Part shown: piece by piece, positions 1-13,556 of the stretch
How positions within the stretch are numbered: the stretch's first letter is position 1
Layout of the letters: every line of letters starts with the position of its first letter
Assembly (NCBI GenBank): GCA_050575255.1
Contig: JBNZDD010013732.1
Location: 19,313,608-19,377,607, forward strand
Length of the DNA: 64,000 nucleotides
Origin: Harriotta raleighana
Lineage: Eukaryota
Reading direction: 5' to 3'
Notes under the pieces: generated by a model
Told to the model about the DNA's origin: nothing
What the model saw: only the letters and a program-made list of their open reading frames with translations
The model's database searches: none
Made by a program: the position numbers and the translations under genes

Positions 1-265
1 CAGCCCCCAGCCTCACAGCCCCCAACCCCAGCCTCACAGCCCCCAGCACAGCCCCAGCCTCACAGTCCCCAGCCTAGCACAGCCCCAACCTCACAGCCCC
101 CAGCACAGCCCCTAGCCCAGTACAGTCTCCAGCCACAGCCTCACAGCCCAGCCCCTAGCACAGCTCACAGCCCCCAGCCCCAACCTTACAGCCCCCAGCG
201 CAGCACAGCTCCAACCTCAGAGCACAGCCCCAACCTCACAGCACAACCCCCAACCTCACAGTCCA
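1..265. repeat. Degenerate C/A-rich minisatellite built from CCCAG/CACAG/CCTCACAG units
   Basis: Directly visible repeated cagccc/cctcacag motifs. Confidence 0.9.
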
Positions 266-557
266 GTACAGTGTACTATAGTACACTACAGCCCAACCTC
301 ACAGGACAGTACAGGGTAGTACAGTACAGCACAACCCCAACCCCACAGCACTGTACAGGGTACCACAGCACACAGGTACACTCTGTTACAGTACAGGATA
401 TTACACTATAGNCGTACAGGGTACCACACCACAGCACACAGGTACACTCTGTTACAGTACAGGATATTACACTATAGTTCACAAATACATTCTGTTACAC
501 TACAGTACAGGATACTACACCCTGTTGCACTGCAGTACAGAAATACACTCTGTTACA
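266..557. repeat. Degenerate tandem repeat (cagtacagg..tacactctgttaca units); resumes at ~1100-1310 after an L2 insertion
   Basis: Repeated tacactctgttaca/cagtacag motifs on both sides of the 558-1075 element. Confidence 0.8.
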
Positions 558-1075
558 TAACAACAACTTGGATTTATATAGTGCCCTCCATGCCAGACGT
601 TGTCTCGGAGTTATCCGCTTCACAATAACGAATCCCAGGGCCGAGTCTGGGGGAAGAGGAAAAAGGACCAAAAGAGGGTTCGAAAAGAAAAGTCTTTAGG
701 CGCGACCTGAAAATAGGAAAGGAGGGGGTGAGGTGAAGGGATTGAGGAAGGGAGTTCTAGAGTCTCAGGGCGTAGTGGCTGAAGGCACGGCCGCCGACGA
801 TGTAACAGGATTCAGGGGACAAAGAGGAGGCCAGACCCGGTATAACAAAAGCAATGGGTACTGTTGTGAGGAGAGAGGAGGTCAGAGAGGTAGAGGGTTG
901 CAGAGGAGTGAAGGGATTTGAAGACGAGGATCTTGAAATCGATCCATTCTGAGACAGAGAGCCAGTGAAGTCTGGCAAGGACTGTAGTAATCCGGGAGCG
1001 AAGTTTGGTTCAGGTGAGAATGCAGGCAGTGGAATTTTGGATAATCTGGATTTTATGAATGGTGGCAGGTGCGGG
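558..1075 (-). mobile_element. 5'-truncated L2-clade LINE fragment
   Basis: Reverse strand ends in ..gggcactatataaatccaagttgttg (L2 tail). The interior is homologous to the LHWL...RI.FK region seen at 10756-10900. Confidence 0.8.
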
Positions 1076-1921
1076 GGGGAGTGAGGGAGGTAGAGTAATA
1101 ATACAGTACAGGGTAGTACACTCTGTTACACTACAGTAGTGACTGAAAGTAGTGTAATATGCTACAATACAGTACACTACTATAGTATGGTATAATACAC
1201 TGTTACACTACAGTATAGTAAACTACACAATATTACACTACTACAATATTACACTATACACTACAATACACCCTGTTATATTACAAATCAGTGTTACATT
1301 ACATTATACAGTGTTCAATTGGACAGTTGTATTTACAAGCGACTCCCTCCCTAAACACAAATACACCCACACAGTTTTATTTGCCAAACAAGAGTTGCTA
1401 TTCCCGTGTGGTCAACCTCTGGACCCTCTCTCCACCATCCCCAGTAACTTAACCCACAAAGTACATGAAAAGAGAAAAATTCGGGTGTGTTATTTTAAGT
1501 TTTTTTTAAACAAAAATCTCAATTTTTTTTTGAGTCAAATGATTGGGCAAGAGGAGAAGGAGGAACAGAAACATTGAGGGAACTTTGCTGGTGGATCTTT
1601 TTGCATGTTTCCTGAGTGAGTTCAGTTTCCTGGGTTGATTCTCATCAAACTGAAGGGAGTTGGCCTTTGGACATGTGGGAGAGAGGGAAGAGGGAGAGAT
1701 CGATTGATTGATTTTTTCCATTTTGATGTAAAAGTGGGTGGGTGGGTAGTTGGATGGGGGGGGCACTAATTTGTTTTAATGCGTCTTGTAATGCCCATGC
1801 TATGTGCTACAGCAGATGGAATTGAAACCTGAAATCTATGCGGATAATTGGATTGCCCAACCCTAGGACATTGACAGTTACAGATCTCCTTCCTCCTCCT
1901 CCTCTCCATTTAAAGACCTAC

Positions 1922-2091
1922 CTCCCCCGGCAGTTAGTGAGATGTTGGGAAGGTTGGAAAATATCAAAGGAATATTGATTTATTTCCAGTTTCAAAACTG
2001 ATTCTGTTTTGCAACATTGACCCAATCCCCAACCCAATAGTTGCATCGACAAAGACAAGGAAGGAAAGATAAGTTTTTCTGCACTCGGTCA
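1922..2091 (-). other. Candidate exon (170 nt), probably 5'UTR or non-coding
   Basis: Acceptor actttcactactttactttcag| and donor GAG|gtaggt. All three frames contain a stop. Confidence 0.3.
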
Positions 2092-3473
2092 CTGAAAGTA
2101 AAGTAGTGAAAGTAATTCAGTGAACTCACAGAAGAGAGTGCAGTACATCGTACCTCAACCTGCCTTAGATGGAACTGATTTCACTTCACATGTAATGAAT
2201 ACTGAACAAGAAAGGAGGTGAACACTTGCAGTTTAAATTAACACAGAGGAAGGGTTGTGGAGGTGAAAAGACACAACAATTCATTACCTTTGCTGTTGTG
2301 GGTTATGCTTGATCAAAAAAAAGGAATTTTCACCTGTAAAATACACAGTTAATTTACTTTACAATATATTCTGTGAAGTGCTTTGAGACATCTCAATGAC
2401 AAGATAAGGCAATATATATCAAATGTAAGGATTATTATTATTATAAATCAGGGGCTTTTTACTGATTAATATTAGCTATAGTATAAGCCAAATAGCTTTG
2501 GCTGCATTATTTGAATTTGTTTAATATTTTGTAACCATAAAAGCTAGATCTGGAGTTAAGTGGAGAGAATTAAGCTTTAAGAATGAGATCAACCTGCTCC
2601 TCTCTGGACAATATACATCATACACGAGTGTAAGAATGCTCGCATTTGTTTTCACAAAAAGGCAAAGCCTTTGAAATCAAGTTCAGGTTTGGTTCATATT
2701 CACTGTATGTCATAATGATTAATTTGTGGGTAAATAAACAAACACATGCTCTGTATTTTCTTAATATTTGATTTCTTGCAGTAGTTGATTTGTCACGAAG
2801 TATATTTCAAATGGCAATGAAATAAGTAGTTTTTGCTGCCAGTTACAAACTTATTGAATGTGTACAGAGCTTATCCTAACACATCTATCATAGCACTGAA
2901 ATTATATAGGACTGTTTCGATATGCTCAACATCACTTTGAATTTTTCTGTACTGCATAACCTAGGTTTGTTTGATTCCTGCTCAGGGTGAGATCTGTCTT
3001 TCCAAGTTAATTTATGCAACATGGGTAATGGTTGCTATATACTGTATTATGATTTTGAGAGAATTTATTATTTTTAAATTGCATGGAAGTTGCAAAAATA
3101 TATATTTAATAACAAGATGGATAACCTGCCTTTTCTGACATTAACAGTCAATCCACTTCACAGAAAATCCTGTGAAGTGCTTTGACATGTCTTGATGGCG
3201 TGATGAGTCGCTATATCATATGTAAGAATTATTATTTTTTCTTTGAATAGTGTCAAAAAATCTTTAACGTCCATCTGAACAGGCTGACGGGATCTTTGTT
3301 TAAGATCTCATCTGAAGAACTGCAACTCTTGACAATGCGGCTCTCCTCAGGATTGCACTCAAATGTTTGATGTTCATTGAATCTTACCTTGCTTTCAAAA
3401 TAAAACCACAAATAACACTCCACCTGCAGCATTTTCATTATTCGGTCATGTAACAAAGATAGTGATGGCTCAT

Positions 3474-3522
<49 letters not shown>

Positions 3523-4423
3523 NNNNNNNNNNNCCCCCCCCCCCCCCCACTCCCAACCCCCACAATGCACCATGTATACTAAATAGTGTTATATTCATTG
3601 CATATTTCAAGGAAGGAGAAAAATAATCAATATAATTCTGCTGTATAAAACTACCATAGAGTCATCACTGCACCTTTTGAAAGTAAACTATCTGCTAGAA
3701 TAATACAGAGAATTAAATGTAAAATGCTAACTGTTTGTACCTTGTGCATCAGGCCTTGAAGATTGCAGTTATTACCTCATTGTCATACCGTTTTTCTGGA
3801 CTGTAATCCATGTAGCTGAAGAGATCATGGGTGATACTACTTTTCTGTTGCATTCAGAAAATATATAGTGTGCTAAATAGGACAGTGTTCCAGGGATTAT
3901 TTGTCAGATTTGATTATGTTTCCTAGTTAGGGATCCAATTGTAAATATTATCAACCGCATTAAAGCTACCAAAGGTTCTATTGAAATTGAACACTGATCA
4001 AAAGCACAGAGCTATTTCATATAAACAGTTTATTCGCCACAAAGCTCTGGGACTTACATTCCTATCTACAATTCACCAACAGTGAATTGTTGATCTTAGC
4101 CTGCTTAGGGTCACCTTCCCCCACCCCTTGACTCGGACTTTGCGATTGTGAAGCGCTCTGAGACATCGCCTGGCATGGAGAGCGTAAGTTGTTTTTGTTG
4201 CTTTCCTGAGAACGCGCTGGACAGAAAATTGGATGCTTTTGCACAAGGAGGAGAAATAAAAAGGTCAGTCTTGTCCACCACTATAAGAAGAAATTGATTA
4301 GGATTATATTAAAGGGTGCATGATGTGGTATATAATTAGTCTGATTAATCTTCCATAAATAGATTCACCACAATTGTAATAGCTACAACCTGGCATGAGT
4401 AAAGTGCAACACTGATGTAAAAA

Positions 4424-4816
4424 AATTCACATTCAAAATCTTACATGGCCTCACCCCACCCTACATCTGCGACCTCCTAATCCCCTACCGACCTGCCCAT
4501 CCCCTCCGCTCAGCAGACTCCAGCTTGCTCCATGTCCCCTGACCCACCCGCCCCACCATTGGCAGGCGAACCTTCAACCATTCTACACCCAAACCTCTGG
4601 AACTCCATCCCGCAGTCCCTCTGCCTCGCCTCCACCCTGGCCTCCTTCAAGACCCTCCTCTTTGACGGTCCCATTGGCCATTCCAAATCGCTCCCTTTCC
4701 CTCCAACCTCCCTGACCCAGCTCGGGTCTGAAACAATGAAACAAGGTCTGAAACAGAGTCTTGTAACATCCTCCTGACGTGAATGGTGCTACACAAGTGT
4801 AATTTTGTTGTTGTTG
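4424..4816 (+). mobile_element. L2 LINE 3' fragment
   Basis: Decayed ORF2 end (HGLTPPYICDLL, LWNSIP..ASFKTLL) and tail gacgtgaatggtgctacacaagtgtaattttgttgttgttg. Confidence 0.85.
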
Positions 4817-5354
4817 TATACTGTACTTTTTCACTTTCAGCTCATACCTCAGAGATAAACAACTGACCAGGTCAGATCCTGATGACCTCTTAATTTTCTA
4901 CAGCTCAACATCAGCAAGACTGATGCTCTCCTGTTTAGCTCCCACTAGAGCCTGCTGGAATTGAATGTTCACATGAACATGAGTGCTCCACCTCACAAAG
5001 CCAGTTCAGATCCTCAATGACTTTGCTAATCCTCCTATCCTTCAAATGCTGCATCCAGCCTCTGATTTGCTTTGCTTTACCTCGGTGAGCTTTAAGCCAT
5101 TCAGCCCCAGCTCTCTGGACAATATCCAGAAATTCAACCCCTCTGCCTTGCCCTTCCCTCCTACCTTTTCCATTTTTGTCCACCTCCACATTTCCTCTTC
5201 TCAGCTTGGCTCCCAATCAATTGAATGAAATTATTTGAAATATGCTTTATCAATGTAAGCTTTATAAATGTGCTTTATAAATGTAAGCTGGGTTGTTGCT
5301 GTATTTGAAATATCATCCCAACCAATTTAACTGTCTTAACTTTCCATATGTATC

Positions 5355-5778
5355 CACCTTCTTCCAACTCCACTGGTTCCCCATTCTACAGGGGATAGAG
5401 TTCAACATCGTCACATTCAAGGCCCTCCACGTCTTTGCCCCTCCCAGCATCTGCGACCTGCTGACCCCATATCAACTTGTTTGCTCCCTCTGCCCAGCAG
5501 GCTCTGACCTGCTCCAAGTCCCCCGCCCAACTGCCCCCACCATCAATGGTCAAGCATTCAGCCTTTCTATTCCTCACCCTATAGAGCTCCATCCCACATT
5601 CCATTCGCTTTGCTCCCTCCCTTGCCTCCTTCAAGGTGTGTCTCAAAACCTTCCTCTTTGATGGAGCGTCCCCAATCCCAACCCGCAACTTGGATTGAAA
5701 AAGTCCAAATCCCTGACTGTCCAGTGTCTTGTGACGTATTCCAATGTGAAAGGTGTTATAAAATTTAATTTTGTTTTG
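5355..5778 (+). mobile_element. L2 LINE 3' fragment
   Basis: Translation LHWFPILQGIEFNIVTFKALHVFAPPSICDLLTPY plus a degenerate L2 tail. Confidence 0.85.
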
Positions 5779-8623
5779 CATTCCTCAATAATAAGCAATA
5801 ATAAGCAATTCCTCCCTCATGAGTTTCCATGCAAGAGGATAGAATTGCACATTTTTGCTTCCAACTCTANTCCTCCCTCTGAGTTTCCATGCAAGAGGAT
5901 AGAATTGCACATTTTTGCTTCCAACTCTATTGCAAAGCTTCAACTACCTATGAGAAGATCTTCAGTTTGTGTATGTTTAGCACGTCTGACCACTCAATAT
6001 AGTTCTGTTAGTCGAAAACCAGCAAGCTTACCAGCAACTTTCTGGGGTATTAACCCTATTTTGGCACATTTGCTACAACGTCTACACCATCTAGCGGTCA
6101 GCTGTAGAATAGCATTGATGGGAGAAGGTTATGTATGTCTATTATGTATGTCTATGTGTGCCAAGTCTCTTGTTAAGAAACTAAATGCACCCATAATTGG
6201 GCTTGATAGTTCAATAGATAATTGCAAACTCAAACTAAAATCCTCTTCGGGGAGTTTTAACAATTTGAAAGAATTATTCCATTTCTTCTTAGCCTTTTCA
6301 TATTTTATGCAACCAAATTATATTTGGAGAATTAGAATGGATGCTTAGTGGTCTACAAAGCCTGGGGTGGGGGGAAGGGAGGAGGAGATGGGGTTGGTCA
6401 CTTGCTTATTCTCTTTGCTGGGGTTGCTGTGCTATGAAAACAAGATTCATCTATGCAACTTTGTTGCACAGAAACCCATTACAGTATTAGGTTTATAAAA
6501 ATACCATGATAATATTAAAGGAAATGACAATTTGGCATAAGTCTATAGGGTTGATAAATAAGTGCATGAGAATGTCAATCAATCCACATGAGAGTGAGCA
6601 AACTACAGTCTCAATGTCTTATGGCAGTAGCAGCTATAAGGTTATAAATTATGATCCATAATTATTTTAGGAATAGGTCTGCTCTCTTGAAAATGTCTTG
6701 AAGTTGGATGAAGCTCACACACAATATCCTCATTGTAATGTATTTCAAACATTTAATTTGTGTGTCTATTACAGTGAAATACAGTACACACATTTTTAAC
6801 ACAAATGCTATTTCTCAATGGACTGTGCAGCACAACCCACAACCAGCACACAACATTTAATGCTTTGTAAGGAATGAGATAACCATTTTAATGGGTGATG
6901 TTATCTCCATTGAGGACTGGCGGTTAATAAGGTACCAATTGCTGAACACATCCAAAAATATAATCAAGCACACATCTAAACATTACATAATAGAAACAGT
7001 CAAATTCAATCCAAATAGCCTGCAGATATGGAATATGGGGAAATATATTTAATTGGATGGAGTAAATACAAAGCAATAAGCAACATGTTATGTATACAAC
7101 AATAATTTTGTGGTTGACGTGAACTACCATCAAAACAATTTAATTATCAGTACATCTCCAAAAGCTGAGGATGCCAAATGCTTCAGATGAGCTACATGAC
7201 ATTGACTTAATAGATGTTAAAACCATGCGAAATGTAAGTAACTCCAATGATTTTTTCAAAAAAATTTATGTGGCAAAAACACCTCTTCAAGGAAAATACA
7301 CAGCTGAGAACAATTCCCTACTAGAAATATAAACCAGGCAAGAAAACCTTCAAAACAACACATCAAAAGTCACAGTGCAGCAACCACCCAAACAACAAGG
7401 CGGCTTCACTGCAAGCTGCACAATATCAACCTATTTTGAAGCCAAGCTGGAACCTGTGCCTGAAAATGCATACAACAAACAATGCTGAATAGGTGCTTAT
7501 AATCAGATGTACATATATTGTACATCATACGCTCTGTGTTTAGATAAAATTCAATTCTAGTTCTCATGTCTTTTGAGGATCAGTTGTGCCTCAATAGCTG
7601 TATCTCTCTTGCGCTTCCTATGCTCTTTTATAATCATGCAATTCTGTGGTTTGTTTTCTTTGGGACGAGTCCCAATGTCCCTACCTTTACCGCTGCTAAG
7701 TATCTATCACTTTTGATTTCTGTCTGTACAGCTTTTGGGGGCAGAACTCTGTAAAGCTCTTTAAGATGTTACCTTATAAGTAATTGCAGGCTGTTGTGTT
7801 AGTGATTGCCTTCATAGTTACAAGATTTCAATACTAATTCTCGAGTTAACCACATTTGTAAAAACAAATTCATTTTGTTTATTTATGTTAATTCCAATCA
7901 CATTTGTTCAGCACCAGAGATTCCTTTGTTCTGCAAGAATAATTAATCAGTTTAAAGCATCACCTAAATTGGTAAAATATTCAATATAACCCGATTATCA
8001 GTTTCTTAAACTCTATCACACATATTTAATTTTAATTATATCAATACATTTTAGCAATATCTACAGTTACATAATATAAGCTCTTCCAAGTCGAAGACTG
8101 CGGAGAACATGTCGCATTTAATTTAGAAAATGCACCACAAAGATTTGACTGTGAGAGAGACATGGGTTAACAATATAAGCTTTAATACATAATGCAGTCA
8201 GGACAAGATGCCAGGTTAAATCACCTGAGAAGGCAAATGAATTAAATCAGCACCACACTTTAATAATAAGACCAGACCATGGTAAATTCAATTTCCAGTA
8301 AGTGCAATAACAACAACATTCCATTTGTATAGCGCCTTTCACATCAGGAGGACGTCCCAAGTGCAAAGATCAATGCAAACAATAAAGCAATACTTAGCTA
8401 TTTTGTGCATACTGTACTTTAAGGTACAGATTTTCTTTTAACTGTTAGCTCATCTTAACTCAGGCCCCTGCTTCTTGTCTCATAAATCAAAGTGTTGCTG
8501 GTGTCATTTCCCAAGAGATTGAGGAAGAGAAGCAAGGGGTTATATGTTTTTATTCCCAATAATTTTTATGCCGCTGGATTGATGTCTGTTGAATGAGAGG
8601 CTGAAAAGTTCTTGTGAATGCTC

Positions 8624-8704
8624 AATCATAATAAAGTAAGTATGGTTGCTTTGTGGAAAGGTCAGACCTTTCCACAAAGCAACCATATTTACTTTATTAT
8701 GATT
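8624..8704. repeat. Near-perfect palindrome: 40-bp arms, 1-nt spacer, one mismatch
   Basis: aatcataataaagtaagtatggttgctttgtggaaaggtc-a-gacctttccacaaagcaaccatatttactttattatgatt. Confidence 0.97.
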
Positions 8705-10369
8705 TTCTTTTCTTTGCTGTGGGGTTCAAATTTCTATATGATTGGGTATTTTTGATTTAATTCTTTGTTGGAACCATAAATAGGAAGCTTTACTGCCATT
8801 CAGAGGCTACTTCCTCCAGATATGTTTAGTCAACTCTAAGTCTGGGCTTGTCAAGAGGAATTGCCATTAATCATTTCTATACAGAGGCTTTCTTACTGTT
8901 TTTGGCAATGGCTATCGAGCTCTGGTATACAAAAGCTTCTGGAGCCAGATCAATTTTCACTTTGAAATGTTAGCCCCAAAACACAGTCACTGTACTTTAT
9001 AGTGTTACCTGAGAAGTGCTTTGAGACATCCTCCTTATGTGAAAGGCGCAATACCATATGTAAGGATAATTATTAATTATTATTATTGAAACATGCAAAC
9101 TAATTGGAGTCTCTTTAGAATGTGGGATAGGGAATTACAATAAGTTCTGGAAGCGTTAGGAGATTCTCTCTCTCTGACTCATCTGTTTACCATGCAATGC
9201 CATCAGGATGCTCCGAGGCCGAAGAGTCATTGGACTTTCCCAAGGGTGCATTGTGTATGGGACTAACCAGCCTAGGAATCATAAGATTTAGTCAGGAGCT
9301 GCCGGCGTGGTCTTGTATTCATGCGCGCTGGACCAGCCAGATGAGGAATCATCGGATTTAGTCGGGAGCTGCCAGTGTCCTCACCAGTGTGCATGCGCGC
9401 GGGGCCAGCCAGCACTTATACGCAGGTTTTATGCACACTACGCAAAGAAGTGACACTATTTTTCATCGCATATACTTGAATTCACAATCGATAAAGTTGC
9501 GTTCGACGAGAGTTAACTGTATCCTAAAAGCATGTTTGCTGAAATAAACTTCAGATCTTAATAGTTTATAATAAATGCATTTTTTAAATAAAGTTATCCT
9601 TCCAGAAGCATTTGCAGACAAAACCCTATAACGTTTATATAGGTCAACAACATTAGAGGGATGTGGCAGGTTTAATACACCACTTCCTGTTTTGCTAAAT
9701 GCCAAGATGGGAGAAAAGTACATGTACTATTATGCTATTATACCATGATGATTTGTAGCATAGAACAACAACGTATGGTAGCTGTATTGTTTTTCTGTGT
9801 CTTACTCTTTTTGCAAGGTAAATCACCAAACAATGTGTGGATGAAAAAGCCTTTGGTCAAACTATTTGCATGTTGGGTGGGGCACCAGTAAAATGGGAGC
9901 TTGTATATTTTCTCTTTACATGGCCTGTGGCATTTCATAGTGAACACTGCAATTTAGGTAGGCAAACTGCTCCAAAGCTTGTGCCAATGTAGCTCAGAGC
10001 AGGTTCGGGCTATGATAGGACAGGTGACACAGATGGTAACTCTGTGGAGTCTCAAATGTGCTGCTCATACAAAGATAGATTAGTGGCTTTTTACACACTA
10101 TATATTGTCATAAAGAAGCAGTAGCTTTATGTTCCATTCAAGATCCTCAACACATTTTAATAATCCAGAACAGTATTTCCTTTTAATGCTCAATTGGAAT
10201 TCAGGATCAGTAGACAAGTTACTAAAATAGCAAATGAACTCGAGTTATGCATATAATAATGCCAGCAATTACAAGAAATGGTCCACAAAGCAATTGTAAA
10301 GTAATGACTGCAAACAAGAAATGCTCCTTAGGGGAAAATACAACATGCCTTCCTTTGTTAAAGTAAATG

Positions 10370-11208
10370 CATAACTGATTGGCTCAAGTCAGTGCCTCCG
10401 CACCTCGGGCACTGGCAGCTTCAGCATCCACAAATTCACACTCCGCCTCATAAAGTCAGTCAGGAACCTGGTAGAGGTATCTTGTTTTACTGACCTTTCT
10501 CCCCCACATCCTCGCCATGACCAGCACAGCCTTCCACCACCTCCACAACATTGCCCCATTCTGCCACTGCCTCACCCCTCAGGCTGCCGAAACCTTCACT
10601 CATGCATTCGTCACATCTAGGCTTGACTACAGAAACTCCCTCTTTGTCGGCTTTCCCAACTCTTCCATTCACAAGCTGCAGATCATCCAAAACTCTGCAG
10701 TTCATGTCTTCTCACGCACCAGTCTCTGCGACCCCTTCACTACCACCTCGCCCGGTTGCATTGGCTCCCTATCCGCCAGAGGATAGAATTCAAGATCCAT
10801 GTCCTTGCTTTCAAGGCCATCCATGGCCTTGCCCCATCCTACCTCTCCAATCTTCTGACTCCCTACCAACCTGCCTACTCTCTCTGTTCAGCAGGCTCCA
10901 GTCTGCTCCATGTCTTTCACCCAACCCATTCTACCATCGGTAGCCGGACTTTCAGCTTCTCTGCCCCCACACTCTGGAACTCGATCCTACAGTCCCCCTG
11001 CCTCGCTTTCCCCCTTGCCTCCTTCAAGGCTGGTCTTAAGACTGTCCTTTTCGACTGTGCGCTCAGCTGCCCTCCGACCTCTATGCCTCCCCTCACCTCT
11101 ACCCCGCCCCTCCCCCTTGCTTGGGTCCCGACCCCTGACTGTTCAGGGCCTGACACATCCTCCCGACATGAAAGCGCTCTATAAAAGTAGTTTTGTTCTT
11201 GTTGTTGT
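10370..11208 (+). mobile_element. L2 LINE 3' fragment (longest in window, frameshifted ORF2 C-terminus)
   Basis: TAFHHLHNIA..AAETFTHAFVTSRLDYRNSL..KLQIIQNSA and HWLPIRQRIEFKIHVLAFKAIHGLAPSYLSNLL are typical of L2 ORF2. Ends gacatgaaagcgctctataaaagtagttttgttcttgttgttg. Confidence 0.92.
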
Positions 11209-11282
11209 TTAAATGCTATCAATTACAATCAACAAGATGAGGCTTCAAATCTTGCGCTCTGGAAAAAGAGCTCAGTGGCTCA

Positions 11283-11597
11283 GTGTAGCTCAGTAGTTTC
11301 AGTATTCATCTTGCAAGCAAGAAACCTGGTTAGATTACCCGCAGGGTGAAATCTTCTACAGAAGGGGAGAATATGTTTCAAGTCTCCGCATGCCTGATAG
11401 TATCCCCTCAAGAAAAAAAATAAAAAATTGGTCACTTCAGTCTATAACTATTTGTGGGATACTACTGTGCACAATTGGCTGCTGAGTTTTGCCCACAAAT
11501 ATACAGTCAATTCAATTTACAGTAAATTCTATGAACTGGTTTGAGATGTCTGGAAGATGCGAAAAGCGCTATATTAAATGCAAGGATTACTATTATT
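11283..11597 (+). mobile_element. Same SINE family, carrying a 30-nt foreign insert
   Basis: Head, Deu-like core and tail align with 55608-55926. Confidence 0.85.
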
Positions 11598-13144
11598 AAC
11601 AATTCGTTTTGTGTTTAGTAGATTTTCTATTGAAGCACATGTCTGCTAGATCTGTAATTGTATCATATTGATGGTAGTGAGGGATTAAAATGGGATACAG
11701 TATTTAATAAATTGATATTGCTGCTCATAAATTAAACCAAGCTACCTTGAGAAAGGTATTCACAAAGTGCTGCATTAACCACTTAGAATGAATTATCATT
11801 CCATTCTCCTTAATTAATATTGACAGAAGAACCATTGTACACATCTCTAACCTTTAAATTCAATTTCATTCAAAGAGTTTTAAAATAGCTGTATTTTTGA
11901 CTGCTATCAGATGCCAAACACTTTGCTCTAATAGCCATTTTTATTTCTATATACAATACAGAAATATATATAGGATCATAGAGTCTTGGCCATTCAGCCA
12001 ATTCAGTATAAATCTGTGCCTGCTCCTCTGCTTGTGCTATCAGTGCCACTGGAAATAACTACAATATTCCCAATTTTCCTCTCTTTTTTTCCAATAGCTT
12101 TTATGATTTTTCTCTCCAGATCTTCATTCAATTCTCTCTTAAGCATTGTTATGTCATTAATCTCATTAACCATTGTGGTAAAGATTCTGTGATTTAATAC
12201 TGCTCTGTTTTTTTTTATCTCCATCTTAAGTCTTCAGTGACAATTCTTTCCTTTTTCACCTCCCCTCGATCCACTCCAAAACCAGTGGCATAGGTCAATT
12301 GTAGTAATATGACAAGAGAATGAAACAAAAGACATTCCTACAACAACAACAAAATTACACTTCTAGAGCGCCTTTCATGTCAGGAGGACGTTCCAATTCC
12401 TACTCCGCAATGAGCTATATGGTGTATATATACACCCTGTGATTCTTGGATTCTAATGGTAAAGTTTAATGCCTCAACTATTTTGCTAGGCTTTTCCAGT
12501 AGATCTTCTCTCCTTCTGGTAGTGAATATTGCTATTATCTTTCATTACCATGCCTTTCAAAGTTAAACCCTTGTATATGATCTCTTCAGCATTAGTAATG
12601 GGTAGAAAGACATTTTTTCACTTCTACAGAAGGGGAGAATATGTTTCAAGAATAATTTTGCAGGGAATACTTAAGTACGTAAAGATTTATTGGAAAAAAG
12701 ATAAATCATTTCAAATGTTATTTTATTATAAATAATGCTAGCAGCATTATTGATGTGCATGTCATACCTTTGTGTGGGATTAATGTCACATGGTTTCCTT
12801 TACTTTTTAAAAAAAATTGCCATAACATTACCATCATTACTTTTCATCCCAAATGGAAATGTTAATATGGAGCTTTGCAGACTGCTGCCAAAAGTGCACT
12901 TTTAATAAATTGAGGTGACATGTTATGAATATGCTTCGTATTTGTATCTGCTCAAAGGGAATACTATAACTTAATAAAATCCATTTGACCATTCACTGCA
13001 TTGATTTTCAGTTACTGAAACAATTTATCTTTTATTTTTATATATTTCCTAACCTTGAGCTTGCTATTTCTGCTACCTTCATTATCAGGATTCAACATCT
13101 TGGCAGACAATCGGGCTTCTTGTATATGGACATCTTTATAGTCG

Positions 13145-13556
13145 TGTCAAGTGTTAGCCTTGTACAATTGGTAGAAGTCCCACTTCTGAGTCAGAAGGTT
13201 TTGAGTTCGGGCCGCACATCAGGTCTTGGAACTTGAATAATTTAGGCTAACAATCCAATTGTTGGAAACATCATCCTTAGACAAGGCTTAGACTGAGATT
13301 CCAACTGTTGTTTGGGTTAGCATTAAAGATCCCAAAGATCCTTCTATTATTCCAAAATAGAAGGACTTTTCTCCGGTGCCCTGGCAAGCAAACCTCAGAT
13401 AAAATTAATCATTCATTTCATGGCTGGTTATGGGTTATTGCTGTGTGTAACTCCAAACTATTTGCTCATTACACTTTACAGTAAATTCTGGGTCGCGCTT
13501 AAAGTCATCCTATCATTGTGAAAGCACTATAGCAAAGGCAAAGATTATTGATTATT
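13145..13556 (+). mobile_element. Older tRNA-headed SINE with a different head and the same tail (related head fragment at ~19090-19250)
   Basis: Head cacttctgagtcagaaggtt..gagttc..ccgcacatcagg.cttg is shared with 19090-19190. The 3' end is a degenerate version of the L2-type SINE tail. Confidence 0.6.

Noticed and set aside
350-480. ~60-bp exact repeat within the satellite
   Set aside because: Split by an N; likely the same overlap artefact.
3475-3548. Long poly-C run giving a poly-Gly ORF (also 17182-17228 and 47382-47401)
   Set aside because: Homopolymers adjoining gaps; length is unreliable and they are not coding.
5810-5930. 60-bp tandem duplication that lengthens ORF 5695..6348 (217 aa)
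   Set aside because: Near-identical copies separated by a single N suggest an unmerged contig overlap. The ORF has no recognisable protein character.
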